Assembly (NCBI GenBank): GCA_050747925.1
Contig: JBOGIV010000566.1
Span: 1-57,895, forward strand
Length of the DNA stretch: 57,895 bases
Source: Vicinamibacterales bacterium
Lineage (GTDB): Bacteria > Acidobacteriota > Vicinamibacteria > Vicinamibacterales > UBA2999
Direction of reading: 5' to 3'
Shown here piece after piece: positions 35,484 through 44,264 of this stretch; within the stretch, counting starts at the first letter, position 1; each line of letters opens with the position of its first letter. Below the pieces are notes generated by a model, which was not told the DNA's origin, ran no database searches, and saw only the letters and a program-made list of their open reading frames with translations. The translations under genes and the position numbers were made by a program.

Positions 35484-36792
35484 GGATCGCGGTAGCGGCG
35501 CCAGCTAATGATCGGTTGTCCCAGTTCCAATTGATACGGCTCCGCATCGACACGAGGGCGGTCGCATAAAGCGCGAGAACCGGCACCAACGGCAGGTGGT
35601 ATCGCGAGTGACCGAACACGAGAGTGTGGATGCCGGTGATCATGGCCAGCGGCAACAGCAGCACGATGTGAACGCGCCATTCCGGCGCGGCCAGCCAAAT
35701 CCCTGCCGCCCCCAGAATGGCCAGGCCCGCATAGACGATGACGATGATTGCGGCGCCGAGAATCCCGAGACCCCACGGCGGCTCATAGATGCCCTCTCGA
35801 ACTCCAGCGGCGAATTCGCGCTCGAGCCCCCAGAAGTCAGCAAACCTGATCAGCGACCGGCGTGCGGTGATGGCGGGGTGAGCCAGGATGTATTCGACGG
35901 CTTTGCGCTGTGCCCACTTTTCCTTCTGACCTTCCGTGAACCGCTCGCCAGGATGTTCCAGGGTGAACTCGTGTGCCCAGCTTTTTTCACCTTCGATTCC
36001 GGCGACACTCCACATCCGGTCGTCTGGGGTGTGCTCGTAGTTGCCCATGCGCAGGTTCAGCCCTCCCATCGTGTCTACGATGGTGACGACCCCCTGAAGC
36101 CTGGTATTGCGAACAGCCCACGGCGTTACAGTCACCACATATCCGACGAGAACAAGCGCGGGAAGCATGAGCTTGGTCCTCACGGGCCCGCGGACAAGCA
36201 TCGCAAGGAGTGGGCAGAGGATGATCGGCAACGGCCAGAGGATGCTTCGCGTTAACGCAGCGAGCCCAAGGGCGAGTCCGGAGAGCAGTGCGATCGACGC
36301 GCGTGGCGTTTGGACGAGCGTCACCGTCAGCCAGACGAATGTCACTAGCAGGAAGGTGAAGAGCGTCTCGGTGAGAATCGTGAAGTTGAAGAAGATGAGC
36401 GACGGGTAGAGCCAGAACACCGCGGCGGCGCCTCGACCCACGGCGATTTCGAACGTCTGGCGCCCGACTTGAAGAATGATCGCCGTGGTCAGCGCAGCGA
36501 GAAGGATTTGAACGAAACGGACCGCTTGGAGATTGCCGGTGCCGGCGATCGCCCACACGCCGGCCACGAGTGCCGGGTACAACGGCGGGCGAATTGACGT
36601 CGGCCGGCCCGGCTCCCAGACAAAGCCGTCGCCCTTCAAGATGTGACTCGCGAGTTGCGAGTAGTCCCGTTCGTCGCTGATTGGCGTTCCAAGAGTGTCT
36701 GTTTGCCAGAAGATGGCGGCGCGAAGGATCAAGCCGAGAACCAGTGCAGCGAGGAAGAGCCGTCCTGCCGCGTCGTGGGCCTTCATCATCAC
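35401..36792 (-). CDS. GT-C fold glycosyltransferase (ArnT/PMT-like, family 39/83 type)
   Basis: More than 10 predicted TM segments. The first-loop acidic motif ISDERDYSQLA is typical of polyprenyl-phosphate-sugar-dependent GT-C enzymes. The start is GTG 36792 or ATG 36789/36786. Confidence 0.8.
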   Translation of the reverse strand: MMMKAHDAAGRLFLAALVLGLILRAAIFWQTDTLGTPISDERDYSQLASHILKGDGFVWEPGRPTSIRPPLYPALVAGVWAIAGTGNLQAVRFVQILLAALTTAIILQVGRQTFEIAVGRGAAAVFWLYPSLIFFNFTILTETLFTFLLVTFVWLTVTLVQTPRASIALLSGLALGLAALTRSILWPLPIILCPLLAMLVRGPVRTKLMLPALVLVGYVVTVTPWAVRNTRLQGVVTIVDTMGGLNLRMGNYEHTPDDRMWSVAGIEGEKSWAHEFTLEHPGERFTEGQKEKWAQRKAVEYILAHPAITARRSLIRFADFWGLEREFAAGVREGIYEPPWGLGILGAAIIVIVYAGLAILGAAGIWLAAPEWRVHIVLLLPLAMITGIHTLVFGHSRYHLPLVPVLALYATALVSMRSRINWNWDNRSLAGAATAILVLLVIWARQIVTADSGPIRSLLQVSN

Positions 36793-36969
36793 TGAGTGCG
36801 GTCCTTCATCGCGACTAACCGGCCTATTTTACAGCCGGCAGATCGGCGTTCATCGCCCACTCCATCGGTGAGGAGAGAACGACTGCACTCGAATGCAGAT
36901 TCGACGCCTGCGATCGTTCTGCGCACCTTGGCGATGTGCTGTTCCAACCGGGCCGCCGGGGCGATGGAC

Positions 36970-37034
36970 AAACGGCGATGGCCGTTTGGAGGCTGGTCTG
37001 GTACCGAAGGCGGCCGGTTTGCGTGCGGCCGCCT
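36970..37034 (-). terminator. two stem-loops downstream of the 969-aa gene (candidate terminator/processing site)
   Basis: AGGCGGCCG-gtttgcgtg-CGGCCGCCT (37008..37034) is a 9-bp perfect GC-rich stem. AAACGGC-gatg-GCCGTTT (36970..36987) is a 7-bp stem. Both lie in the only long (300 nt) gap on this strand. There is no canonical U-tract. Confidence 0.35.
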
Positions 37035-37093
37035 GATCAGTTCGAATCGGCAGGGCGCGATGTCGATTCAACGACAAACTCTTTATTGGAACC

Positions 37094-40003
37094 TCACGGC
37101 GACGACTTGCTCGTCTGACGATCGCGGGGGCTGGCTGGCCCGTTTCCGATGGAGAACACTCGCTCGATCTTTGTCACGTTGCCTTGACGATCTTTGACGG
37201 TTACCGTGAGAACACCGTCTTGGACGTTACTGAGCGGCGGAGTCATCGTCGCGGTCCACACATGGTCAGCCGTCTGCACGAAGAGCGAGGCGAGCTCAGT
37301 CTTTGCGGGTTTGCCGCTCACGGGGACGCTGGCTTTGACGGAGAAAGACTTCATATCAAGCCCGGAGTAATAGTCGAAGAGGCCGATTCGAATCTGCGAC
37401 AGGGGCGTCGTCTGCCTCTCTGCTCTCGGCAGTGATACGGCGAGAGTGGGGCGCAAGTCGTCCTGGAACCAGCCGCGACCGCGAAACGCTGGTGCGGGAG
37501 AAGAGATGGGTGCACCAAGATCCACCCAGCGCGCAAACGACCGCTTTTCGTCGTCGCTGAGTGCCGGCACGCCGGCGTTGGGTGGTGGACACGCGACTCC
37601 ATCGAAATCGAGGTCCGCGGTGTTGCTGTCGGCGCCGGGCGGCAGCGTCTTGGGATCTCCTGGAGTCGACTCCGTCGGGAAGTCCGCATTGGTCCACCCA
37701 TCGAGCCGTCGTCCGAAGATCTTCCAGATGAGCAGGCTCCGTCGTGATTGGAACATGCGGACATAGCGCGACGCGTTTGGGAACCTCCAGATGCGCTGCT
37801 TGACAACCGGTGGAATACCGTTTCGAGCCGCCTCGTCGGCGGCCAGACGGTTGTATGTGCTCTCGTATCCGTCAACCACTGTCGTGTCGTCCAAAACCAG
37901 CCGGCCTTCCTGACGCCCGGTTGCGGAGTGGCACTGTATGCACGAGCGAGTCAAAATCGGTTTGATATCCCGGTAGTACTCCACGTCGTGAGCGCGACCC
38001 AGCGGCTGCGTCAGGTCGGCGACTTTGTAGTCGGGCTTCGCGGCCGCTGTGGTCGAGAAGCTGGTGCCCACCTGCGAGTGTGCGTGACAGCCGCCACAGT
38101 CGTTGCGAAGTTCTCCAGGCCGCAGCTGGTGCCATGTCTGCGATGTGTTCAGCGCGAGGCCGTCACGGTCAAGCATCTGGAAAGTGAACGGCACGTCGGC
38201 CGGGATCTTCGCCAGAAAACTCGTGTCGGGGTTGCCATCGCTGTCGCGAACCACATGGCCCTGAGCATCAGTTTTTCGGACTGGTACCTCGCCGAGGACG
38301 CGTAGCCGCTCGTCGGCGTGGTTTCGAAATCCATTGCCGATTGCGGGACCATAGCTCCGGTGGCTCGTCGGCTCCATCGCGAGGATGCGCACGGCGTGGA
38401 TTTCATCGTTCGAGTACCGCCCGGCATCTGACCCCTGTCCCGTCCAGTTGCTGCTCTCGTTGTTGATACCCGAGTTGAACGCGTCAAGGCCATCGAATTT
38501 TCTGTTGCCTATGCCCGGCTTCGAATTGCGCTTGTAAAGCGTCGACGACCCAACCACTCCGAAGGGCGTGCCCGCCGGCAGTTCTGATCGGGTCATTTCG
38601 TTGGGCAGCCAGTCGAACGCGTATGGACGAGCGACTCCATACACCTCTCGGTACGGAACCACCGCCCGGGGCTGGATCTCGTTGTAATTCGGACTGTTCT
38701 TGATCAGCACCAAGTCGCGGTAATCGTTCGCCGGTGTGCCGCCACGAAGGAGGTAGAGGCCCGCATCGTAAGTGGGCTGGTTAATCGGCCGCTGGAGGTC
38801 GTTGGCCGGGCCGGGCGTCCAGACCAGCAGGACGTCGTTGTCGGGAGCAGCACTTGGATGAGTGACCTTCCCAGCCCAGTTCCCGTCGACGGCGCGCGAA
38901 GCCGCCTCGTCGTCGCTGTGCGCAAACGCCGTCAGGGCATAAAGGCCGTACGGCGAGAACGGATAGGTCCTGTAGCGAGGCTGACGGTGATTCGGATGTG
39001 GTTTCCCGAACGTCCAGATGCCTCGGCGGACTTTAGGGTTCGTCGGACTCGAAGGATTTGCGTCACCGAATGGGGGCGTGCCCGATGGCGCACCGGGCGG
39101 AAACGCGATCAGAGTTCCGAATCCATTGTTGTTCAGGTTGTAGTAGTCGATGACCGCCACGTGCCCGTTCGATAGCTGGGTTTGGAAATGGAACGCGTTC
39201 GGAACCGTGAAGGCGCTCATCAACGGTTCCCACTTACGACCGTCCGGCCAGATGGCCCAGAGTCCCCAGAGCCTGCGATCGCGCAACCCTTGCGTTTCGT
39301 AGCTCGAGAACATCACGCGCCCATCCTTGAGGATGGTCGGATGCAGTGCGCTCCCGAGATTCAAGTGACCGATCTGTTCGACGTTTCTTCCGTCGTCATC
39401 CATCACGAACAGCTGCAGGTTCGGAAACGTGTAATCCTTGTTAGGTAGGAACCCATTGCGGCTGGATGTGAACATCACACGGCCGTCTGGCAACGGGCAC
39501 GGGCCAAGGTTGAAGATTCCGTAGCCGAGGTAATAGCCCGAACCACCAAGGAGATCACTCGACCACTCGGCGGCGCCGGTGTTCGGCGTCCAGTCCTGAT
39601 CGGTCAGGCGAACCACCTTACGAGTCTTCAGGTGAATCTTGAAAATGTCCGCGCCGGCGCGTGAGGCGCGACGCCGCTGGACGTTCAGCGCCCCAGGCCG
39701 CTGGTCGTGAAACTTGGCGTAGTAGACCCACTGGGCGTCGAAATCAAGGACAGGATCAACAACGGCGCCGTCTCCGCCCGCGACCAGGACTTCTTCGGTA
39801 CCGTCAGGGTGCAGCAGCATCAGGTCCGTATCCGGGTCGATGAGAATCGGATCAAATACTTCGGGCAGGCGCACACGTTTGATGTCGCCTGGGCGCGGAG
39901 CGCGGACGTACACAATGTCGTAGGGCACGACTGGTTGAATGGGCACACCGACGGTGGCACTCAGAATTGCGCCCAATACCAAGAGAAACGATACGCCCTT
40001 CAT
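37094..40003 (-). CDS. secreted TolB/PD40-like beta-propeller protein with two CxxCH haem-c motifs (HzsA-related / PSCyt-like region)
   Basis: Signal peptide MKGVSFLLVLGAILSATVG. Propeller-like repeats (DGRVMFTSSRNG, DGRVMFSSYE). CGGCH at 38085..38099 and CIQCH at 37929..37943. The second motif sits in YYRDIKPILTRSCIQCHS...GRLVLDD, resembling the Planctomycete cytochrome c (PSCyt1) domain. Confidence 0.65.
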   Translation of the reverse strand: MKGVSFLLVLGAILSATVGVPIQPVVPYDIVYVRAPRPGDIKRVRLPEVFDPILIDPDTDLMLLHPDGTEEVLVAGGDGAVVDPVLDFDAQWVYYAKFHDQRPGALNVQRRRASRAGADIFKIHLKTRKVVRLTDQDWTPNTGAAEWSSDLLGGSGYYLGYGIFNLGPCPLPDGRVMFTSSRNGFLPNKDYTFPNLQLFVMDDDGRNVEQIGHLNLGSALHPTILKDGRVMFSSYETQGLRDRRLWGLWAIWPDGRKWEPLMSAFTVPNAFHFQTQLSNGHVAVIDYYNLNNNGFGTLIAFPPGAPSGTPPFGDANPSSPTNPKVRRGIWTFGKPHPNHRQPRYRTYPFSPYGLYALTAFAHSDDEAASRAVDGNWAGKVTHPSAAPDNDVLLVWTPGPANDLQRPINQPTYDAGLYLLRGGTPANDYRDLVLIKNSPNYNEIQPRAVVPYREVYGVARPYAFDWLPNEMTRSELPAGTPFGVVGSSTLYKRNSKPGIGNRKFDGLDAFNSGINNESSNWTGQGSDAGRYSNDEIHAVRILAMEPTSHRSYGPAIGNGFRNHADERLRVLGEVPVRKTDAQGHVVRDSDGNPDTSFLAKIPADVPFTFQMLDRDGLALNTSQTWHQLRPGELRNDCGGCHAHSQVGTSFSTTAAAKPDYKVADLTQPLGRAHDVEYYRDIKPILTRSCIQCHSATGRQEGRLVLDDTTVVDGYESTYNRLAADEAARNGIPPVVKQRIWRFPNASRYVRMFQSRRSLLIWKIFGRRLDGWTNADFPTESTPGDPKTLPPGADSNTADLDFDGVACPPPNAGVPALSDDEKRSFARWVDLGAPISSPAPAFRGRGWFQDDLRPTLAVSLPRAERQTTPLSQIRIGLFDYYSGLDMKSFSVKASVPVSGKPAKTELASLFVQTADHVWTATMTPPLSNVQDGVLTVTVKDRQGNVTKIERVFSIGNGPASPRDRQTSKSSP

Positions 40004-40207
40004 AAGCTTGTCTGCCTGAGGAAGTGACCTTATTCTACAGGGGCAACGGGAGGGCTGACCATATCCGAGACAGGGAAGTTACATTCCCTACGCGACGAAG
40101 CTGACGGATCGATCGCTGTTCCAATCGAGGCTTCGCGGCCAATTACCTGGAGCCCGCTCCGCCGTCGGGAGCCGCTCACCATTGGTCTCCCGCTACCGTC
40201 GGGTGCT

Positions 40208-42664
40208 GTGCGCTCCGTGACGGACCTTCGAGTGGAGCTTGTCAACCACACTCCAGTCGAGTTTCAAGTCCGACCCCTCGATCGTTGGCCTGACGGCTCC
40301 GTACGCTGGCTGCTCGTCGATTTTGCTGCCGATGCCGACCAGGACCGACCCCGCACGTACATCCTGCGAAACTCGTCCGGGGCCGTTGTCGCTTCCCCAG
40401 GACAGCTGAGAATTTCCGCGAATGACCAGGAAGTGACGGTGGCTACAGGACGCGCCATAGTTGCGTTTGCGGTCGGAGGCGCGTTTCCGTTTACACGGGT
40501 TGAGGTCGGTCAGGTGCAGCCCATCGACGGCGAACAATCCGGACTGCGCATCGATGTCAACGGGGAGGTCCTGGCGTTTGAGATCGCGTCACTGCGCATG
40601 ATCGAGGCCGGGCCGCTCCGCGCGGCGATCGAGGTCACGGGCCGCGCGCGCCAATCGACGCGACCACCTGTGGCCGTCAGCGCCCTGATTGAAGCGTTCG
40701 CCGGATCGGCCGTGCTGCGGGTTGAGGTGACCATCCAGAATCCTCGACGAGCCCGTCATCCCGGGGGTATCTGGGTGCTCGGCGATCCCGGGTCGATCCA
40801 TATCCGCTCGGCTGCAGTTCAACTGCTCGTTCACGGCCCGATACGACAGGTGCAATGTGCAGCGGAATTTGCCAGCGCGCCCGAACGGGTCGATCGCCCT
40901 TTTGAGATTTACCAAGAGTCGAGTGGCGGCGAGCGATGGCAGAGTGCGGTTCATCGCAATGGTGCCGGCATCGTTCCCTTCCGCTTTCGGGGCTACCGAA
41001 TGCGCTCGGGGGAGTCGGAGCGAGCAGGGCATCGAGCGAGTCCGATCGTTCTTGTCGAGACCATTCACGCATCGCTGGCCGTCACAATGCCCCAGTTCTG
41101 GCAGAACTTCCCGCGAGCGATCACGGTGGAGGATTCGGTTGTGGAAGTGGGCCTCTTTCCTCGACAAGCGGCAGACAGCTACGAACTGCAAGGGGGCGAA
41201 CAGAAAACCTTCGTCGTCGCTTTGGCCTTCGATCGCGATGACATCTCCGATCCGCCGTTGGCATGGTGTCACGATCCTCAATGGAGCTATGCCTCACCGG
41301 AATGGTGCGCCAGTACCCGCGCTGTGCCACTTCTCCTGCCCGCTTCACAAGATCCCAGTGAGCGCTATCTTCGTCTTGTCGCCGGTGGCCTCGATTCAGG
41401 CGACGGCTTTCTCGCGAAGCGCGAGCACGCCGACGAGTATGGATGGCGCCATTTCGGCGATCTTCACGGGGATCATGAGTCGGCGTTCCAACCGGCCGGA
41501 CACTCGCTCGTGTCGCATTACAACAACCAGTACGACGCGATTGCCTGCTTTGCTCTGCAGTTCCTGAGAACCGGCGATGACCGCTGGCGCGAGTTGATGA
41601 TGGATCTGGTGCGCCACGTCCGGGACGTCGATATCTATCGCACTCGCGAAGACAAGGCCGCCTACAACGGTGGACTCTTCTGGCACACGCTTCACTACGC
41701 GGACGCAGGAACATCGACCCATAGGACGTATCCGAAGGAGAGCGGTGGCGGCGGGCCCTCGAGCGAACACAACTACAACCTGGGATTGATGCTGCACTAC
41801 TTCATGACCGGACATCCTGCCTCGCGCGACGCCGCGATCGGCCTGGGGCAATGGGTCGTCGACATGGACGACGGTGACCGCACGTGGTTCCGCCTTCTGG
41901 CCAAAGGTGCGACCGGCCTGGCGAGCGCCAGCGGGTCGCCGACGTATCACGGTCCCGGAAGAGGGTCCGCGAACTCGATTCTGGCGTGTCTCGTTGCGAG
42001 TCAGCTGAGCGGCCACGTCATTTTCGCGCAGAAAGCCAACGAGCTGATTCGTCGGTGCATTCATCCTGATGACGATCTGGCCCTCCTCGATCTTTTCGAT
42101 GTCGAGCGCCGCTGGTACTACACGATGTTCTTGCAGGCACTGGGACTGTATCTGGAACAGAAAGCCGAACGTTCGGAGCTCGACGGCATGTTCGCTTACG
42201 CGAGAGCCAGCTTGCTGCACTACGCACGCTGGATGGCTCAACACGAGCGTCCGTACCTCGACCATCCCGAGCGTCTGGAATTCCCCAACGAGACGTGGGC
42301 CGCACAGGATATGCGAAAAGCGGACGTGTTGATGTGGGCGGCGCGACACGCGGCCGACGACGAGCGGGCTCTTTTCGTCGAGCGTGCGCGGCAATTCTTC
42401 GACTATTCGGTCGAGTTTCTCTCGATGACCCCCAAACACACCTTGACCCGGCCGCTCGTCCTCACCTTGGCCAACGGTGTTCGGTACGGTTGGTTCCTTG
42501 CCAATCGAGCGGAACGGCTCAGACTCGCCATCCCGGGCGACGCTAGAGAGCCGCCGGCGGACCGGCCGTTCAGGCCGCAAAAGGTCAAAGCGGTCGCTCG
42601 CGCGAAAGCCATCGCCGCAATCGTTGCTGCCGCCGCCACGATCGCCGTGCTCTTTTTCGCGTGA
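40208..42664 (+). CDS. PcRGLX/YetA-like multi-domain protein (putative glycan lyase/hydrolase) with C-terminal TM anchor; 5' end probably upstream of 40208
   Basis: DRWPDGSVRWLLVDFAAD is typical of the RIFT-barrel N-domain. The helical C-terminal half reads HYNNQYDAIACFALQFLRTGDDRWRELM. The last 18 aa are AIAAIVAAAATIAVLFFA. The first canonical start is GTG 40208, but homology-like sequence continues upstream (see findings). Confidence 0.55.
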   Translation: MRSVTDLRVELVNHTPVEFQVRPLDRWPDGSVRWLLVDFAADADQDRPRTYILRNSSGAVVASPGQLRISANDQEVTVATGRAIVAFAVGGAFPFTRVEVGQVQPIDGEQSGLRIDVNGEVLAFEIASLRMIEAGPLRAAIEVTGRARQSTRPPVAVSALIEAFAGSAVLRVEVTIQNPRRARHPGGIWVLGDPGSIHIRSAAVQLLVHGPIRQVQCAAEFASAPERVDRPFEIYQESSGGERWQSAVHRNGAGIVPFRFRGYRMRSGESERAGHRASPIVLVETIHASLAVTMPQFWQNFPRAITVEDSVVEVGLFPRQAADSYELQGGEQKTFVVALAFDRDDISDPPLAWCHDPQWSYASPEWCASTRAVPLLLPASQDPSERYLRLVAGGLDSGDGFLAKREHADEYGWRHFGDLHGDHESAFQPAGHSLVSHYNNQYDAIACFALQFLRTGDDRWRELMMDLVRHVRDVDIYRTREDKAAYNGGLFWHTLHYADAGTSTHRTYPKESGGGGPSSEHNYNLGLMLHYFMTGHPASRDAAIGLGQWVVDMDDGDRTWFRLLAKGATGLASASGSPTYHGPGRGSANSILACLVASQLSGHVIFAQKANELIRRCIHPDDDLALLDLFDVERRWYYTMFLQALGLYLEQKAERSELDGMFAYARASLLHYARWMAQHERPYLDHPERLEFPNETWAAQDMRKADVLMWAARHAADDERALFVERARQFFDYSVEFLSMTPKHTLTRPLVLTLANGVRYGWFLANRAERLRLAIPGDAREPPADRPFRPQKVKAVARAKAIAAIVAAAATIAVLFFA

Positions 42665-42682
42665 CGAGTCAGGATTGGTGAA

Positions 42683-44071
42683 TCAGCGACGCGAGCGACC
42701 GAGTGAGGCGACAGCGGGTCGTCTCGGCTGCGGATCGAAGACGTGCCTCGGCGGCTGCTGGTCCAGTCGAGCCCGGGGCGTCAGTGGCGTCACCGGAGCC
42801 GCGTAGGTGCTCCGACGAGCGGCCAACTCCTGCTGAGTGAGAAAGTGAATGGCCATCGAGAGCCCGATCGCGTGCCACAGCATCTCCACGTACTGGAAGA
42901 TCACAAACGTGCCCCCAACGGCGAAGGCGAGCAAGGCGGCCTCGATGGCAGTACCGTAGTGACCGAGCTGTTCGGAAACGAGCCCTCGTTTGGCAAGGCG
43001 CCTCGCGCGACCGCACGCGACGAACGCGAGCACGATCGCAGTGACGAAGACCAGAAACCCTGGGATTCCCAACTCCGCCAGAGCGCCCAACCACGCGCTA
43101 TGCACCGACCGCCTCAGCCCGTATGCGCCGGCCACGGTGTCGTAGGTCGGATAAGCCTGCGTATACGCGTTCACACCGACACCGGTGAGGGGCCGATCCT
43201 GCACCATGAGGAGTGCCATCCTCCAGAAGTGCACTCGGCCAACAGCCTCGCCCGTCTCCGAGTTTTGGGTCCGCTCCGTCGTGATCGTGCTCATCCGTTG
43301 CCAGAACTCGGGCGGCATGACCGATAGCGTGAGGATTGCGACCAGCGCGCCGGCGCCGATCGCACGGACTCGGTGGGGAGAACGCCAGGCATACACGAGG
43401 GCCAGCGCTGCGGACGCCAGGAAGCCGCCGCGCGAGTAGGTCGCAATCGCGCGATACACCACGCCGACGGCCAGGAAATGATGGAGCCACCGTTCCCATC
43501 GCTTCGTCGACGTCCGCGCCAGCGCGACCAACATCGGGACCAACATCAGCATACCGACTGCCACTCCGTTGTTATCGCCCAGGAACAGCACGATGTTCAC
43601 ATTGGTCGCGCCCGGATTCAGAACGAGCTGAGCCCAGCCTTGCTTGGCCGCCTCAAATGACAGCGAGAGGCAGATGACCAGAAGCACGAGGCGCAATCGT
43701 TTCAGATCGGTCGTGAGCACCGAAATGAGGTAGGAGATGACGAGCGTCTTGATGAAATCCCAGAGGTAACTGCTCGAGTAGGTGAAGTGCTCAGAGGCGA
43801 ACGTTGAGATCGTACTGAGGAGAATCAACGCGGCGAAGCACGCCACCCGCAGATCGAAGCGGAATTGAACACCGGCAAAGAGCGACCGAAGAACTACATA
43901 GGCGCCGATCACGAAAGACGTCGGGAGGATGTAGAAGATATACGTCCAAACCCATTCCTCCGGGCGAAAATACGCGTTCCACAGGTACAGCAGCAGCGCA
44001 TTGAATGCGCTTCGCAGCGCCAGTAGTCCGCCTATAAGGAGGATCGTGCAGACGAAGATGGTTCTCAGCAT
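42683..44071 (-). CDS. O-antigen ligase/polymerase-family membrane protein (exosortase-A-associated 'O-glycosylation ligase' type)
   Basis: About 11 TM segments. N-terminus MLRTIFVCTILLIGGLLALRSAFNALLLYLWNAYFRPEEWVW. Wzy_C-like TYSRGGFLASAALALV and the following loop. Confidence 0.8.
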   Translation of the reverse strand: MLRTIFVCTILLIGGLLALRSAFNALLLYLWNAYFRPEEWVWTYIFYILPTSFVIGAYVVLRSLFAGVQFRFDLRVACFAALILLSTISTFASEHFTYSSSYLWDFIKTLVISYLISVLTTDLKRLRLVLLVICLSLSFEAAKQGWAQLVLNPGATNVNIVLFLGDNNGVAVGMLMLVPMLVALARTSTKRWERWLHHFLAVGVVYRAIATYSRGGFLASAALALVYAWRSPHRVRAIGAGALVAILTLSVMPPEFWQRMSTITTERTQNSETGEAVGRVHFWRMALLMVQDRPLTGVGVNAYTQAYPTYDTVAGAYGLRRSVHSAWLGALAELGIPGFLVFVTAIVLAFVACGRARRLAKRGLVSEQLGHYGTAIEAALLAFAVGGTFVIFQYVEMLWHAIGLSMAIHFLTQQELAARRSTYAAPVTPLTPRARLDQQPPRHVFDPQPRRPAVASLGRSRR

Positions 44072-44264
44072 GGGCGCGCGCGACGCTTCTTTCTATCCTG
44101 CCACGAATCAACAGCCCCCCGGCTCTCTTCATGTCGGCCGTTCGAGTCGTCGGCTTCATATGTAGCTGCACGAACCGGCTCATAAGCGTGAGTTTTGGCG
44201 CCACCGATCATCGCGTGAAAACATACAATCCCCTGATGCGGATCGGTCTGACCCGCGCGAACAG

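Noticed and set aside
36789-36971. 60-aa ORF (TTG start) whose TGA overlaps the GT-C gene start region, a possible leader peptide or small protein
   Set aside because: It has no motif. By hand count the third-position GC is only about two-thirds and drops in the second half. The start is a weak TTG. It overlaps the predicted stem-loops. It is not supportable without expression data.
41396-42580. 394-aa antisense ORF, plus similar ones at 6404-7258, 10426-11148, 11604-12524, 19300-20088, 22539-23540 and 33833-34696
   Set aside because: Same reasoning. Each lies opposite a gene with strong family motifs, has an Arg/Pro/Gly-biased composition, and shows no domain signature.
42608-42664. C-terminal hydrophobic tail of the 818-aa protein considered as a PEP-CTERM sorting signal
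   Set aside because: There is no Pro-Glu-Pro motif ahead of the TM segment and no basic cluster after it. The protein ends directly in ..AVLFFA.
44195-44229. Possible sigma-70-type promoter (TTGGCG ... TACAAT) upstream of the GT4 gene at 44265
   Set aside because: The spacing between the hexamers is 23 nt, too long for a canonical -35/-10 pair. TACAAT alone is insufficient evidence in an organism whose promoter consensus I do not know.
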